A DNA stretch of 63,230 bases, filler included, from Welwitschia mirabilis (GCA_051453625.1; 6 parts of one record of this genome joined end to end with filler, not necessarily neighbours in it), one strand, 5' to 3'. Positions 51,150 through 63,230 are shown, numbered from the whole stretch's first letter. Numbers and translations: made by a program. Notes: generated by a model from the sequence alone, not told the origin.

Positions 51150-54100
51150 ATCAAGACAAAAGTGGAAGCTATTGGAAATATAAAATACATGTATTGTAGT
51201 CGAAACCTAAGCTTTGAGCTGATGCTTCTGTATACTTTGATCTTTAATATTTGATTGGATTGATCCTTCTTTTTAACTTAGGTGTTCTCTAATTATTCTT
51301 TCTACACATTAGATACATAACATTTGACAAGTGGAATCATCAAAATTGGAATTTTAGTAATAATCTCCCCATTTTTAATGATGTCTAACACTTAGAAAAT
51401 CTCATTAGTATAATCATGTTTAAATTTTACTTAAGATAACTAAATCCAAGAGAGAAAGAGAATATATTACATGAGGCATATTAAAAATTTCATAAATTAA
51501 AATCATTTGAAAAAGACATTAACTATCTTTATAAGATAGTAAATAAGAAGCAGTACTAATATAATACATTNNNNNNNNNNNNNNNNNNNNNNNNNNNNNN
51601 NNNNNNNNNNNNNNNNNNNNNNNNNNNNNNNNNNNNNNNNNNNNNNNNNNNNNNNNNNNNNNNNNNNNNNNNNNNNNNNNNNNNNNNNNNNNNNNNNNNN
51701 NNNNNNNNNNNNNNNNNNNNNNNNNNNNNNNNNNNNNNNNNNNNNNNNNNNNNNNNNNNNNNNNNNNNNNNNNNNNNNNNNNNNNNNNNNNNNNNNNNNN
51801 NNNNNNNNNNNNNNNNNNNNNNNNNNNNNNNNNNNNNNNNNNNNNNNNNNNNNNNNNNNNNNNNNNNNNNNNNNNNNNNNNNNNNNNNNNNNNNNNNNNN
51901 NNNNNNNNNNNNNNNNNNNNNNNNNNNNNNNNNNNNNNNNNNNNNNNNNNNNNNNNNNNNNNNNNNNNNNNNNNNNNNNNNNNNNNNNNNNNNNNNNNNN
52001 NNNNNNNNNNNNNNNNNNNNNNNNNNNNNNNNNNNNNNNNNNNNNNNNNNNNNNNNNNNNNNNNNNNNNNNNNNNNNNNNNNNNNNNNNNNNNNNNNNNN
52101 NNNNNNNNNNNNNNNNNNNNNNNNNNNNNNNNNNNNNNNNNNNNNNNNNNNNNNNNNNNNNNNNNNNNNNNNNNNNNNNNNNNNNNNNNNNNNNNNNNNN
52201 NNNNNNNNNNNNNNNNNNNNNNNNNNNNNNNNNNNNNNNNNNNNNNNNNNNNNNNNNNNNNNNNNNNNNNNNNNNNNNNNNNNNNNNNNNNNNNNNNNNN
52301 NNNNNNNNNNNNNNNNNNNNNNNNNNNNNNNNNNNNNNNNNNNNNNNNNNNNNNNNNNNNNNNNNNNNNNNNNNNNNNNNNNNNNNNNNNNNNNNNNNNN
52401 NNNNNNNNNNNNNNNNNNNNNNNNNNNNNNNNNNNNNNNNNNNNNNNNNNNNNNNNNNNNNNNNNNNNNNNNNNNNNNNNNNNNNNNNNNNNNNNNNNNA
52501 AGTGTCATTAAATTTATCATCATTGTCATCATCACTCTCTCTAGTGGTAGAGATCTAAATGGTATACAAGAAAGATGATGTATGTGGAGGTGTATGTCAT
52601 TTTTGTGATAGTTGTTGCAATGTCTCACTATGATCTTGAGAGGCCTATCTCCTCATATATGAGTATGTTTAAGGGTTAATGGATGTAACAAAGAGACTAG
52701 TAGTAGTGATATTAACAAAACCAAAATATAAGAGTGGAGTGGTGCTAAGAGATAGTGCATGAATGGGAAATGTGAGAGGTGGTGGTGGTGATCAAAGGCA
52801 AGGTGATGAAATATATAAGGTGGTAAAGGTGCATGAGCTAGTAAAGGTGGCTATGTGGAATGGAAAATAGGTAGCTTATGATAAGGCCTGTGTAAGATAA
52901 GCTCATCATCGGAGCTCTCTGAGTCTACTTACTACTTCCTCTAGACCTATGCTAGAGCTTGTAATAAAGTCTAATGCTCCCCCTAAAAGTGTGACTCCTT
53001 CTCTATGAACTTTGAAGAATCTAAATCGTCTACTTTACCTAATACATAACCTATAGAAAGAGGTTTAAGTAATTCCTTTACCTCAAATTCATCCTCTAAA
53101 TTAGATCAAGTATGAGTTCCCATGAATTTTCAACTACTTGTAGGTGTCTCTCCCTCTCTAATTATGTACCTGTGCTTCTTTAATCTTAAATGATTTATGT
53201 TAATATTACCCCCCCATTTTTAGAATTGCCTTAAGACTCTCCTTTACTAATGAGGAACTATAAATGGTTGTGAAATGAGATCTCTAAAATTATACTTTGA
53301 AAGATCTCTTACTTGTGCCTTTACCTACTTGCACTAGAGCCACTACTTTTCACTGAACTCTAAAAGTGGCTTTTTAGGTTGAATAAGTTTAACCTCTAAC
53401 ATTTCTAATTATTAAGCTAATCAAATAAGGATAATCTTAAGTCTAACCATTATGAAAGAAAGTAATAATATCCATGCATAATATGAAGTAAAGATCAATT
53501 TTAATTCTTATAAGAAGGCAATATACTATAAATTTCTGCATGGGGTTATAGTAGCTATAGCTACCTCCATGAACCAGTATATTATAGAATGTAATCAAAC
53601 TTAAAATTAATGCATCAGGTATCATATCTTTTCATTTTACGTTCTCATAAAANNNNNNNNNNNNNNNNNNNNNNNNNNNNNNNNNNNNNNNNNNNNTTAA
53701 TTAATTAANNNNNNNNNNNNNNNNNNNNNNNNNNNNNNNNNNNNNNNNNNNNAAATATTCTCTGAACCTTGAATTATTAAACTTAATGTCGTTATCACTT
53801 CTTATTATCTTGATCTTTAAGAGATGAGTTTTTTGATGATAATCTATTACAAGAAATCTTTTTGTATTTATATGATAATTCATGAAAATAAAGTAATTTT
53901 TTCATTTTAGAACATACCTTTTTCAACTTGATGAACTCCTCAAGAATTAAGTTATACCTACCTTTGAGTTTCATTCTTGTTTTTCCTTTGCTTTTTTATT
54001 TAGATTCTTCTTTTTCTTCTTCATTGTTAATTTGGATATGCATAACCACCATGTAAGATGGATAACCTCTTTTATCATCAAAGGTCCCTACTTTAGTTGC

Positions 54101-55280
54101 ATTCTAATCATCATTCCACCCTACAAAGAAGGATCTCTTCTCTTTGGATTCTTTATTTTATGTTTTTTCTTGCAATCTATTAGAGATAGAACATTTTGAG
54201 GATATGTGACCTTATCATCCACAAGTCCAACATTCTAGTCTTGAAGTATTAATATTAGAATAAAGTGAAGTGCTATTAGTTGATTTACCTTTGGACTTAC
54301 CTCTAGCTTGAAAGGTGGATGGTTTTCTATAGTTGTCCTTATTGTTGTTCTTTCATGAAAGAATTCTTTTGATTCACCTTATAATGAGAGAAGTTCTTCT
54401 TTTACATCATCTTTAGAGTCATCTCCATTGGATACTTCATTTATTTAACCTTTAGAATTTTGCCTTGAGTTTTCACTAGCTTTAAGAGTGATAGAATTCT
54501 TCTTCAAAGCACCATCTTAAATAAGATTCTTCTTGTAACTCATTAAAGCACCTTGTAATTCTTTAATCTTCATTTGTATTGAAGTTTTTTAATTCTTTTA
54601 TAACTATTGTTTTAGGCATATATTTTAGAGTTAAAAATCTGATAATGTTTTGAATTATCTTAGCCTTTAGAATATTTTTACTAATGTCATGTATGAAATT
54701 TACTATGTTAGAGACTCTTATGAAATACTCATTTATTCTTTCTCCATTATTCATCTTCAGGTTTTCAAATTGATTAGTCTAGATAAGAAGCTTTGCTTAC
54801 TTGACAATAGAGATTTATTTATATGTTTTTACTAAAACATTCTATCTCTATTATGCTATTTAACTATTTGGCTGAATTCCTCCATTGTAAGGGCTGAGTA
54901 AAGATGTTTTTTACCTTTGCATCATATATGAAGGCTACCTTTTCTTTATCTTTCTAGTTTCATCTAGGTTTAATTTGAGTGATGGAGTTCCTTGTGGAAT
55001 CTATGATGGTTTATATATATTCTAAGTATCCATCTTCAATTATTTGCTAAACTTACAACTTAAAAGATTATAAGTAAACTCACATCCTCATCTTTCAATA
55101 GGAATGGTTTATATGATCAATTATGAATGGCACCTTTTTCATAATTTACTTAAAGATGTTACTCCTTCTCATGAATACACTCTTTAACATCACTTGATGA
55201 TTATTTAATTCATAGGAGAAGGGTGAATGCATTATACCAAATGAAAATACACAATAAATAATTTACTAAACTAACACTTA
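51150..55280 (-). mobile_element. Second Sirevirus-like copia copy: 5' LTR stub, PBS, gag, deleted pol, env-like ORF region, PPT, 3' LTR start
   Basis: 53820-55200 aligns with 4030-5480. PBS at 55179-55192. Integrase KIKIIRSDNDIKFNN at 53753-53818. PPT atctccccatttttaatgatg at 51363 abuts an LTR end matching 6760-6883. An artificial join lies at 53697. Confidence 0.85.
52500..53652 (-). pseudogene. Sirevirus extra (env-like) ORF remnant
   Basis: LILSLITFYNILVHGGSYSYYNPMQKFIVYCLLIRIKIDLYFILCMDI resembles the LxxIIxxNILPxxG...FLLYCLL...INLPYLI motif of plant retroelement extra ORFs. It is followed by Pro/Ser/His-rich low-complexity sequence and lies between pol and the PPT. Confidence 0.6.
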
Positions 55281-56132
55281 TGTGGGCTATTAAGACTCTT
55301 CATTTTTTAAATTTTTGTAAATTGTAATGGTTTTCTAATCTTTAAAAGTAGGCCCTTAAAACATTTAAAAAATGATAAGGCATTACAAGAAATCACATCT
55401 ATCATAGTACAAGGCTTTCTTAGGCACTAATTTATATGTTACTTTACCACAAGAATTATCAAAATACTAAAATTTAATAGAATAATTTATTATTATATCC
55501 TCATACTCATTAGGCCCTTAAATTTCTAAACCATAAAGAACTTATTTTCTAGGTAAACCATGATTTTATGAGATAATTGTAAAACAAAAGTAATTTATCA
55601 ATAACTTAATAATTATAACCATGAATTTGTTTAAAAAATCTTGAGTTTATAAACATGATTTAATAAAAGTTTATCCACACACCACTAATGTAAGAATTTC
55701 AATAAATAAATGTTAGAGTTTATTACAAATATACTTTAATGTTCAAGATAAAGGAAAACCATATCACTACACAAAGTAGGCTAAATAGGTAAAATTAGAG
55801 CCTGAGAACCATTTATTCAAGTTTTCATACCTCTAATTATCATTCCACTAACTAATGAATTTAACTACTCTGACCAAATAAATAAGTGTAATTACCCTAA
55901 AAATGAATACATTTGTAAATCAAGAAGGCTAGACATGGGTAATATACCAGTGGCTTCATCTCCATTGAGTTGAGAAATAAATAATCCCTTCATTATCTCC
56001 TTTGCATTAGTATTAGTATAATCTAACTCCATNNNNNNNNNNNNNNNNNNNNNNNNNNNNNNNNNNNNNNNNNNNNTTAATTAATTAANNNNNNNNNNNN
56101 NNNNNNNNNNNNNNNNNNNNNNNNNNNNNNNN

Positions 56133-59100
56133 CTATGTTGGCCTCTTCCTCGTCCTCTTCCTAGATCTCTACTTTGGCTTCTACCTCTTTCTATTTCATT
56201 ATATTATCCTCTTCCTTTATAACTACCTCTACCTCTTCCATGGTGGAATGCTTTTAAAGCAGTCACATTTTCTTCCTCGTCTTCCTTGAGGATGAGCTCA
56301 TATTAGACAAGTCTACTAGAGAGTTCTTCAAAAGAAAGAGTTCTTAAGTCTATGATATTATGGAGGCTCATAGCTATGGGCTTCAATGGCTTTGTAAGGA
56401 ATCTCAAGATTTTGACGACAACATCATGGTTTTTGACTTCATAATCTAAATCTTGCATCTTTTTAACTATGTCTTTAACCCTCTGAATGTAAGCTTCTAC
56501 AATTTCATTGTCTTTCATTTTTATGTTGTTAAATTGGGTTTTAAGGTTTTGTAACCTAATGGCCTTTATGTTTTCATATCTTGGTATACCTTATTTAACC
56601 CTCTCAATAATCTATAAGTTGATTCAAATTTACTAATTTTCTTGAATTTACAATCAAGCATGCATGAATGAATAATTGCCATAGCCTTATAGTTTTCCTT
56701 CCTATAGTTGTCATAATCTCTTGTATCATCTTTAGATTTTGCATAGACAAAATNNNNNNNNNNNNNNNNNNNNNNNNNNNNNNNNNNNNNNNNNNNNNNN
56801 NNNNNNNNNNNNNNNNNNNNNNNNNNNNNNNNNNNNNNNNNNNNNNNNNNNNNNNNNNNNNNNNNNNNNNNNNNNNNNNNNNNNNNNNNNNNNNNNNNNN
56901 NNNNNNNNNNNNNNNNNNNNNNNNNNNNNNNNNNNNNNNNNNNNNNNNNNNNNNNNNNNNNNNNNNNNNNNNNNNNNNNNNNNNNNNNNNNNNNNNNNNN
57001 NNNNNNNNNNNNNNNNNNNNNNNNNNNNNNNNNNNNNNNNNNNNNNNNNNNNNNNNNNNNNNNNNNNNNNNNNNNNNNNNNNNNNNNNNNNNNNNNNNNN
57101 NNNNNNNNNNNNNNNNNNNNNNNNNNNNNNNNNNNNNNNNNNNNNNNNNNNNNNNNNNNNNNNNNNNNNNNNNNNNNNNNNNNNNNNNNNNNNNNNNNNN
57201 NNNNNNNNNNNNNNNNNNNNNNNNNNNNNNNNNNNNNNNNNNNNNNNNNNNNNNNNNNNNNNNNNNNNNNNNNNNNNNNNNNNNNNNNNNNNNNNNNNNN
57301 NNNNNNNNNNNNNNNNNNNNNNNNNNNNNNNNNNNNNNNNNNNNNNNNNNNNNNNNNNNNNNNNNNNNNNNNNNNNNNNNNNNNNNNNNNNNNNNNNNNN
57401 NNNNNNNNNNNNNNNNNNNNNNNNNNNNNNNNNNNNNNNNNNNNNNNNNNNNNNNNNNNNNNNNNNNNNNNNNNNNNNNNNNNNNNNNNNNNNNNNNNNN
57501 NNNNNNNNNNNNNNNNNNNNNNNNNNNNNNNNNNNNNNNNNNNNNNNNNNNAATTGGGGAACTTTTCCCTTATCCATGTTTGGAGCACAATCTAATCAAA
57601 AGAAGTAAATCAAGACTTTGATAGGAAGGGGTTAATTTTTAGGAATTTATAAAACAAGATCAATAAGTAGTCAAGAATTTGTTTAATATTTGATGCATAA
57701 ATGTGAAGGTTGAAATTTATTAAGAATAGTACAAGATTAAGAACTGAACATGAATTGGAAGTCAAGAGATTGTCGAGACTTAGACAAGAACTAGATTAGG
57801 AATTGGACAGGATTAAAAAACATTGACATGAATTAGATGTACATTGAAATGGACTAACTGATTTGTAAATTTTTTAGTAGGCTTAAAATGTTTACTTTGG
57901 AGCTTTCAGTGTAAAGGTTTTATTTTAAATTCTAATGAATCTATAATTCAATGNNNNNNNNNNNNNNNNNNNNNNNNNNNNNNNNNNNNNNNNNNNNNNN
58001 NNNNNNNNNNNNNNNNNNNNNNNNNNNNNNNNNNNNNNNNNNNNNNNNNNNNNTTCATATCTCAAATGCTTCAACATCAAATTGGGGAACTTTTTCCTTA
58101 TCCATGTTTGGAACACAACTTAATTAAAAGAAGTAAATTAAGACTTTGATAGGAAGGGGTTAATTTTTAGGAATTTGTAAAACAAGATTAATAAGTAGTC
58201 AAGAATTTGTTTAATATTTGATGCACAAATGTGAAGGTTAAAATTTATCAAGAATAGTATAAAATTAAGAACTAAACATGAATTGGAAGTCAAGAGCTTG
58301 TCGAGACTTAGACAAAAACTAGATCTAGAATTGGATAGGATTAAAAAACATTGACATGAATTAGATGTGCATTGAAATGGACTAATTGATTTGTAAATTT
58401 TTTAGTAGGCTTAAAATGGTTGCTTTGAAGCTTCCAGTGTAAAGGTTTTGTCCTAAATTTTAATGAATCTATAATTCAACAATCAAGAGCTTAAAAAAAG
58501 ATTACTGTAAAAGAACCTTTTATATTTATGAAAGATTTGTTAAAAGTTACCAAGATTTTTGTGCATTAAAAAAATCATATTCTATAAAAGAATTTAAAAG
58601 AAAGCAAAACCCTTGACTATAGATGTTAATACAAGTCAATTATGAAATAAACAATAGAGCTTCAAAGAGACTAGATTTATATAGGAATTTGATCATAGAT
58701 ATAATAGAATTATCCTCATGTACTTGAAATGCTGTCATGATTTATATACTAGAACATAAAAGTTGAATATAAATTTGTTAGTAAGACATAAATAAAAAAT
58801 ATTTTCAAATAAAAAATTTATTTGACACTGGTAAGACATAAATAANNNNNNNNNNNNNNNNNNNNNNNNNNNNNNNNNNNNNNNNNNNNNNNNNNNNNNN
58901 NNNNNNNNNNNNNNNNNNNNNNNNNNNNNNNNNNNNNNNNNNNNNTATTTGACACTGGTAAGACATAAATAAAAAATTTATTTCAAAGTTGAATAGGAAT
59001 TTGTCAGTAATTTTACATAAACAAAAAATATTTTCAAATAATTTTACCAAAATGTATTAAGATTTGAGACCAATAATTTGATAAGAAATAGATAGAATAA

Positions 59101-59629
59101 CTAGGTAGCAAACTAGCACGAAGCCTAGACTATCATGATAGAATTCTTAAGTAATATAGGGCTAGTGGTTAAAATAATACCTATCCTATTCTGATACCAT
59201 ATGAAGGGTTTTAAAACCCAATAAACATACAAAAAATCATAACGACCATAAGACTAAAATGTATCACGCATAAAAAATGAAACTAGGCTAAATAAAAATC
59301 TCACTAGAAATTGAATGACTGCATATAATAAAACTTTTAATTTTCTTTCTGATACTTATCTTTCTTGACTAAAGTTTATACAAATTGATTAATTAAAAAA
59401 AATTAAAACTTGGATTTATGTAGCTTCTAAATTTATTGTAGATTCCTCAGATGGAATTATTTTGTAGAAGAACTTGATGTAGATAAAATGCAAGAGCCTA
59501 AAGTAAATTTGTTCTTTCTAGATGTTATTGTGTATTATAAAATGGTACTAGAGCTAGACACAGTGAGAACATTAATTACTCTTTTTTAAGAATCAAATCA
59601 AAAGGAGAAATAGAGCTTCTATTTTAACA
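56133..59629 (-). mobile_element. Ty1/copia element: LTR (59202-59629), PBS, long repetitive 5' UTR, gag
   Basis: LTR TGTTAAAATAG...CCCTTCA and PBS TGGTATCAGA at 59190-59199. UBN2-type gag at 56133-56753: RLQNLKTQFNNIKMKDNEIVEAYIQRVKDIVKKMQ..VVVKILRFL..DLRTLSFEELSSRL..GRGRG. Confidence 0.88.
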
Positions 59630-60029
59630 TCACCTCCTTAACTTTATTGAAAGAACATGCCTCTTAAATAGATTGTCCAAAGCTTAATTTTGGTAAGGAT
59701 AAGACTTTAGTAAGATTTTACAGACCTAGCATTGCATTCTAGATGATGCTAGCTTAAAGAGATGAGATTTTTCTTATTGGCCTATTCTTGCGTGATTGAG
59801 TCTTATCAGTTCCTATGTTAGATCTTAACTACTTTTGCATTACTAATTTAAGAAGAAGTCCTCCATTGTTTTGTCTAATATAAGCCTAACTTTCCTTATA
59901 CATTATTACCGTTCCTTGTGTCTATGAATCCTAAAATGAAGGACGACCTCATAGTCATTGGGAGGGTTAGAGGAGAGGAGATGAAATGGGTTGTAGGAAT
60001 TCATGAATGAGGATGTTGGTGTAGTTGCA

Positions 60030-60439
60030 ATTGAAGAGGAGTAACCTAGATTGTTTACTATTAGACTACTACTATAGTCTACCATACTCCTCCATCATGT
60101 TCTTTAGGTTCTCATCAGTCATAACAGAGATGAGGGCATCCAGATTCTCATTTGGTAGCTGATACTTGATCCTCACACTAGATTTGAGTATCCTAAAAAG
60201 CTTGCTGACAAGATTAAGAAATGTAATATTTCTTGAAACAGAACCTATCCTACCATCACTGCCTAGATAATAGAGCTGATTGTCATCAATCCTTGGCATG
60301 ATCTTTCCTTCAAAGCTGCATATGAATCTCACTTTGCTAGCACTTAGAACATTAATCCATTTCTTCTGAATTCTAGATTTGTACTCTTCCTAGTTCCTAT
60401 AGATCTCAAGGATGAATCCACAGAATCTGAGTAATCCAT
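60030..60439 (-). pseudogene. 5' fragment of a plant PB1 (octicosapeptide/Phox/Bem1p) domain gene, copy 1
   Basis: MDYSDSVDSSLRS...KVRFICSFEGKIMPRIDDNQLYYLGSD...IKYQLPNENLDALISVMTDENLKNMMEEYGRL..SRLLLF, matching the plant YPDSxDSSPRS / KFMCSYGGKIxPRPxDNQLxY / KYQLPxEDLDALISV family. One frameshift and stops. Confidence 0.92.
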
Positions 60440-61042
60440 CCTTAAAAAATCCTAAAATTTTCCCTTTCAAAAAAGAACAAATCCTTGAACAACTCTAAAT
60501 CTAAACAACATCCATTGAAGACATACACAAAAGAAGAACCCAAATTCAAAAAAAAGGGGCCTACGATAGCATAGGATAGGGTTAGAGAAGAGGGTTGTTC
60601 AGATCTTTGGAAGCGATGGAGAAGGTAATTCTAGAAATTTTTAGATGTATGGAATTTCAAAAGGGCAAAGCCAAGGAATCATAAAAACANNNNNNNNNNG
60701 CTTTGCTATGCTTCCTCTCTATCTTGAAAATTATCCACTCTCCCTCCTTCCCTTTAAATCCCCTAATGCCTTTGCCATTACCTTTGCCATTTAAATGTAT
60801 TGTCATCTAGTCCATTCTTCTTCTATCGCCGATGAAACAAAGTGAGGATTTATAAATGAAGAAAGGGTACTCTTCTCCTTTGGACTTTGTTAGTTATAGG
60901 ATGATATTTGAGGCAAAAGGGAAAGGGAAGAGAAAACTAGGGNNNNNNNNNNNNNNNNNNNNNNNNNNNNNNNNNNNNNNNNNNNNNNNNNNNNNNNNNN
61001 NNNNNNNNNNNNNNNNNNNNNNNNNNNNNNNNNNNNNNNNNN

Positions 61043-61450
61043 ATGATTGCATATAACAAAACTTTTAATTTTGTTTCTGATACTTATCTTTCTTGACTAA
61101 AGTTTATACAAATTTATTGAATTAAAAAAATTAAAACTTGGATCTGTGTAACTTCTAAATTTATTGTAAATTCCTGAAATGGAATTATTTTATAGAAGAA
61201 TTTAATGTAGATAGAATGCAAAAGCCTAAAGTAAATCTATTCTTTCTAGATGTTGTTGTATATTATAAAATTTTACTAGAGCTAGATACAGTCAGAACAT
61301 TAGCTTCTCTTTTTCAAGGATCAGATCAAAAGGAGAAAGTAGAGCTTCTATTTTAACATCACTTCCTTGACTTTATTGAGAGAACATGCCTCTTAAATAG
61401 ATTATCCAAATATTAATTTTGATAAGAATAAGACTTTGGTAAGATTTTAT
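61043..61450 (-). mobile_element. Second copy of the copia RNaseH tail, PPT (61359-61371) and LTR (61043-61358, cut by a gap)
   Basis: Aligns with 59313-59720. NLTKVLFLSKL...KVKEVM is followed by TGTTAAAATAG. Confidence 0.85.
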
Positions 61451-61794
61451 AGACCTGGCATTTCATTATAGATGATGCTGGATTAAAGAGATGAGATTTT
61501 GCTTATTGTCCTATTCTTGCATGATTGAGTCTTATCAGTCTTTATTTTAGATCTTGACTACTTTTGCATTACTAATTTGAGAAGAAGTCCTCCATCATTT
61601 TGTCTGATGTNNNNNNNNNNNNNNNNNNNNNNNNNNNNNNNNNNNNNNNNNNNATTCACTATGTCTATGAATCCTAAAATGAAGGATGACCTCATAGTTA
61701 TTGGAAGGGTTAGAGGAGAGGAGATGAAATGGGAAGCCATTGCCATTATATTGTAGGAATTCACAAATGAGGATGTTGATGTAGTTGCAATTGA

Positions 61795-62209
61795 AGAGGG
61801 GTAACCTAGATTGTTTACTATTAGACTACTACTATAGTCTATCATACTCCTTCATCATGTTTTCTAGGTTCTCATTAGTTGTAACAGAGATGAGGGCATC
61901 CAAATTCTCATTTGGTAGCTAATACTTGATGCTCATACTAGCTTTGAATGTTCTAAAAAGCTTGTTAATAAGATTAAGATATGTAATATTTCTTGAAATA
62001 GAACCTATCCTACTGTCACTACCTAGATAACAGAGCTGGTTGTCATCAAGCCTTAGCATGACTTTTCCTTTAAAGCTGCACATGAATCTTACTTTACTGG
62101 CACTTAGAACATCAACCTATTTCTTCTAATTTTCTAGAAATTCTAGATCTGTACTCTTCCCAGTTTGTACAGATCTTAGGGATGAACCCACAGAATCTAC
62201 GTAATCCAT
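61795..62209 (-). pseudogene. 5' fragment of the PB1-domain gene, copy 2
   Basis: MDYVDSVGSSLRS...EFLEN*KK*VDVLSASKVRFMCSFKGKVMLRLDDNQLCYLGSD...LPNENLDALISVTTNENL. The frame is kept through the domain start, with premature stops. Confidence 0.92.
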
Positions 62210-63230
62210 CCTTGCAAAACCCTAAAATTTTCCCTTTCAAAAAAGAACAAATCCTTGAATAACCTCAAATCTAAACAACACCCATTGAAGACATACATAT
62301 AAGAAGAAATCAAATTCAAAAAAAAGGGGCCTACGATAGCATAGGATAAGGTTAGAGAAGAGGGTTATCTAGATCTTTGGAAGTGATGGAGAAGGTAATG
62401 CTAGAAACTTTTAGATGTATGAGATTTCAAAATGGCAGAGCCAAGGAACCATAAAAACAAACCTAAACCTACTTGGCTAGATTCCAAATCATAATGCTCT
62501 TATGTTTTACTTTGCTATGCTTCCTCTCTATCTCGAAAATTATCCACTCTCCCTCCTTCCCTTTCAATCCCCCAGTGCCTTTACCATTACCTTTACCATT
62601 TAAATGTAGACTATCTTGCATTGTCATCTGGTCCATTCTTCTTCTACCATCGATGAAACAAAGTAAGGATTTACAGATGAAGAAAGGGTACTATTCTCCT
62701 TTAGAATTTATTAGTTACAGGATGATATTTGGGGCAAAAGGTAAAGGGAAGAGGAAATCAAGGTTTTGGAGAAAATTTCTATAAACCCCAGGCTTAGAAG
62801 TGGGTGTTGTTAAAGTGGCCTATGAATTTTTTGTGGGGGATGATTATTACTACCTTAGAAAATTATGCCCATGTTAGATTATGTTACCACACTGGATCAC
62901 TCTTGAAAATTTTTCATAATTTAGATCTCAAAATGCTTAACTTCACCATTTGTATTTTCAGGAATAACTAGAAAGATAATATGTCATGTATAATCACAAA
63001 GCAATCAATAAAAGTATTATTGTCCTGCAAATATCTTATTTCCAAATGCCTCTATCTTCATGGTTAACAAATGAACCTTAAAATATTATTCATGAATTAG
63101 TAGAAAGAAAGCTAATAAGAAATTTATTTTTTGAACATTCAACATAATAGATCTTGTACTACAATTAAAGGAAATCAATGACTTTAAAATGTGACCATAA
63201 AATCAGGATTTAGTAATTATTTTAAGTTGC

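Noticed and set aside
22532-56088. Recurring TTAATTAATTAA palindrome as a biological motif
   Set aside because: It is always centred in N-runs of identical length, so it is an assembly spacer with stops in all frames.
30141-57621. Long ORF-track entries made mostly of X
   Set aside because: They are open only because they span N-gaps.

Overview
AT-rich, CpG/CHG-depleted land-plant nuclear DNA from a gapped draft scaffold. It contains many N-gaps and five artificial 44N-TTAATTAATTAA-44N joins. I can support only one intact gene: a GC/CpG-rich SAM-dependent methyltransferase (Methyltransf_24-like) on the minus strand at 13142-14083. It has an N-terminal transmembrane anchor and probably an upstream in-frame exon. 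The rest is a stack of decayed LTR retrotransposons: two Sirevirus-like copia copies, other copia elements, two Athila-like gypsy gag regions, and a Tekay-like element whose multi-kb composite LTRs hold a tRNA-like Pol III cassette and a hairpin minisatellite. There are also host-gene fragments. The most notable structure is at 59.2-62.8 kb. There, a 5' piece of a plant PB1-domain gene and a second fragment resembling a transit peptide are fused to a copia RNaseH tail, PPT and LTR. The cassette is tandemly duplicated, and one LTR is shared with a downstream PBS/gag, which suggests host mRNA capture by a retrotransposon. All family assignments come from motif recognition by eye, with no database search.
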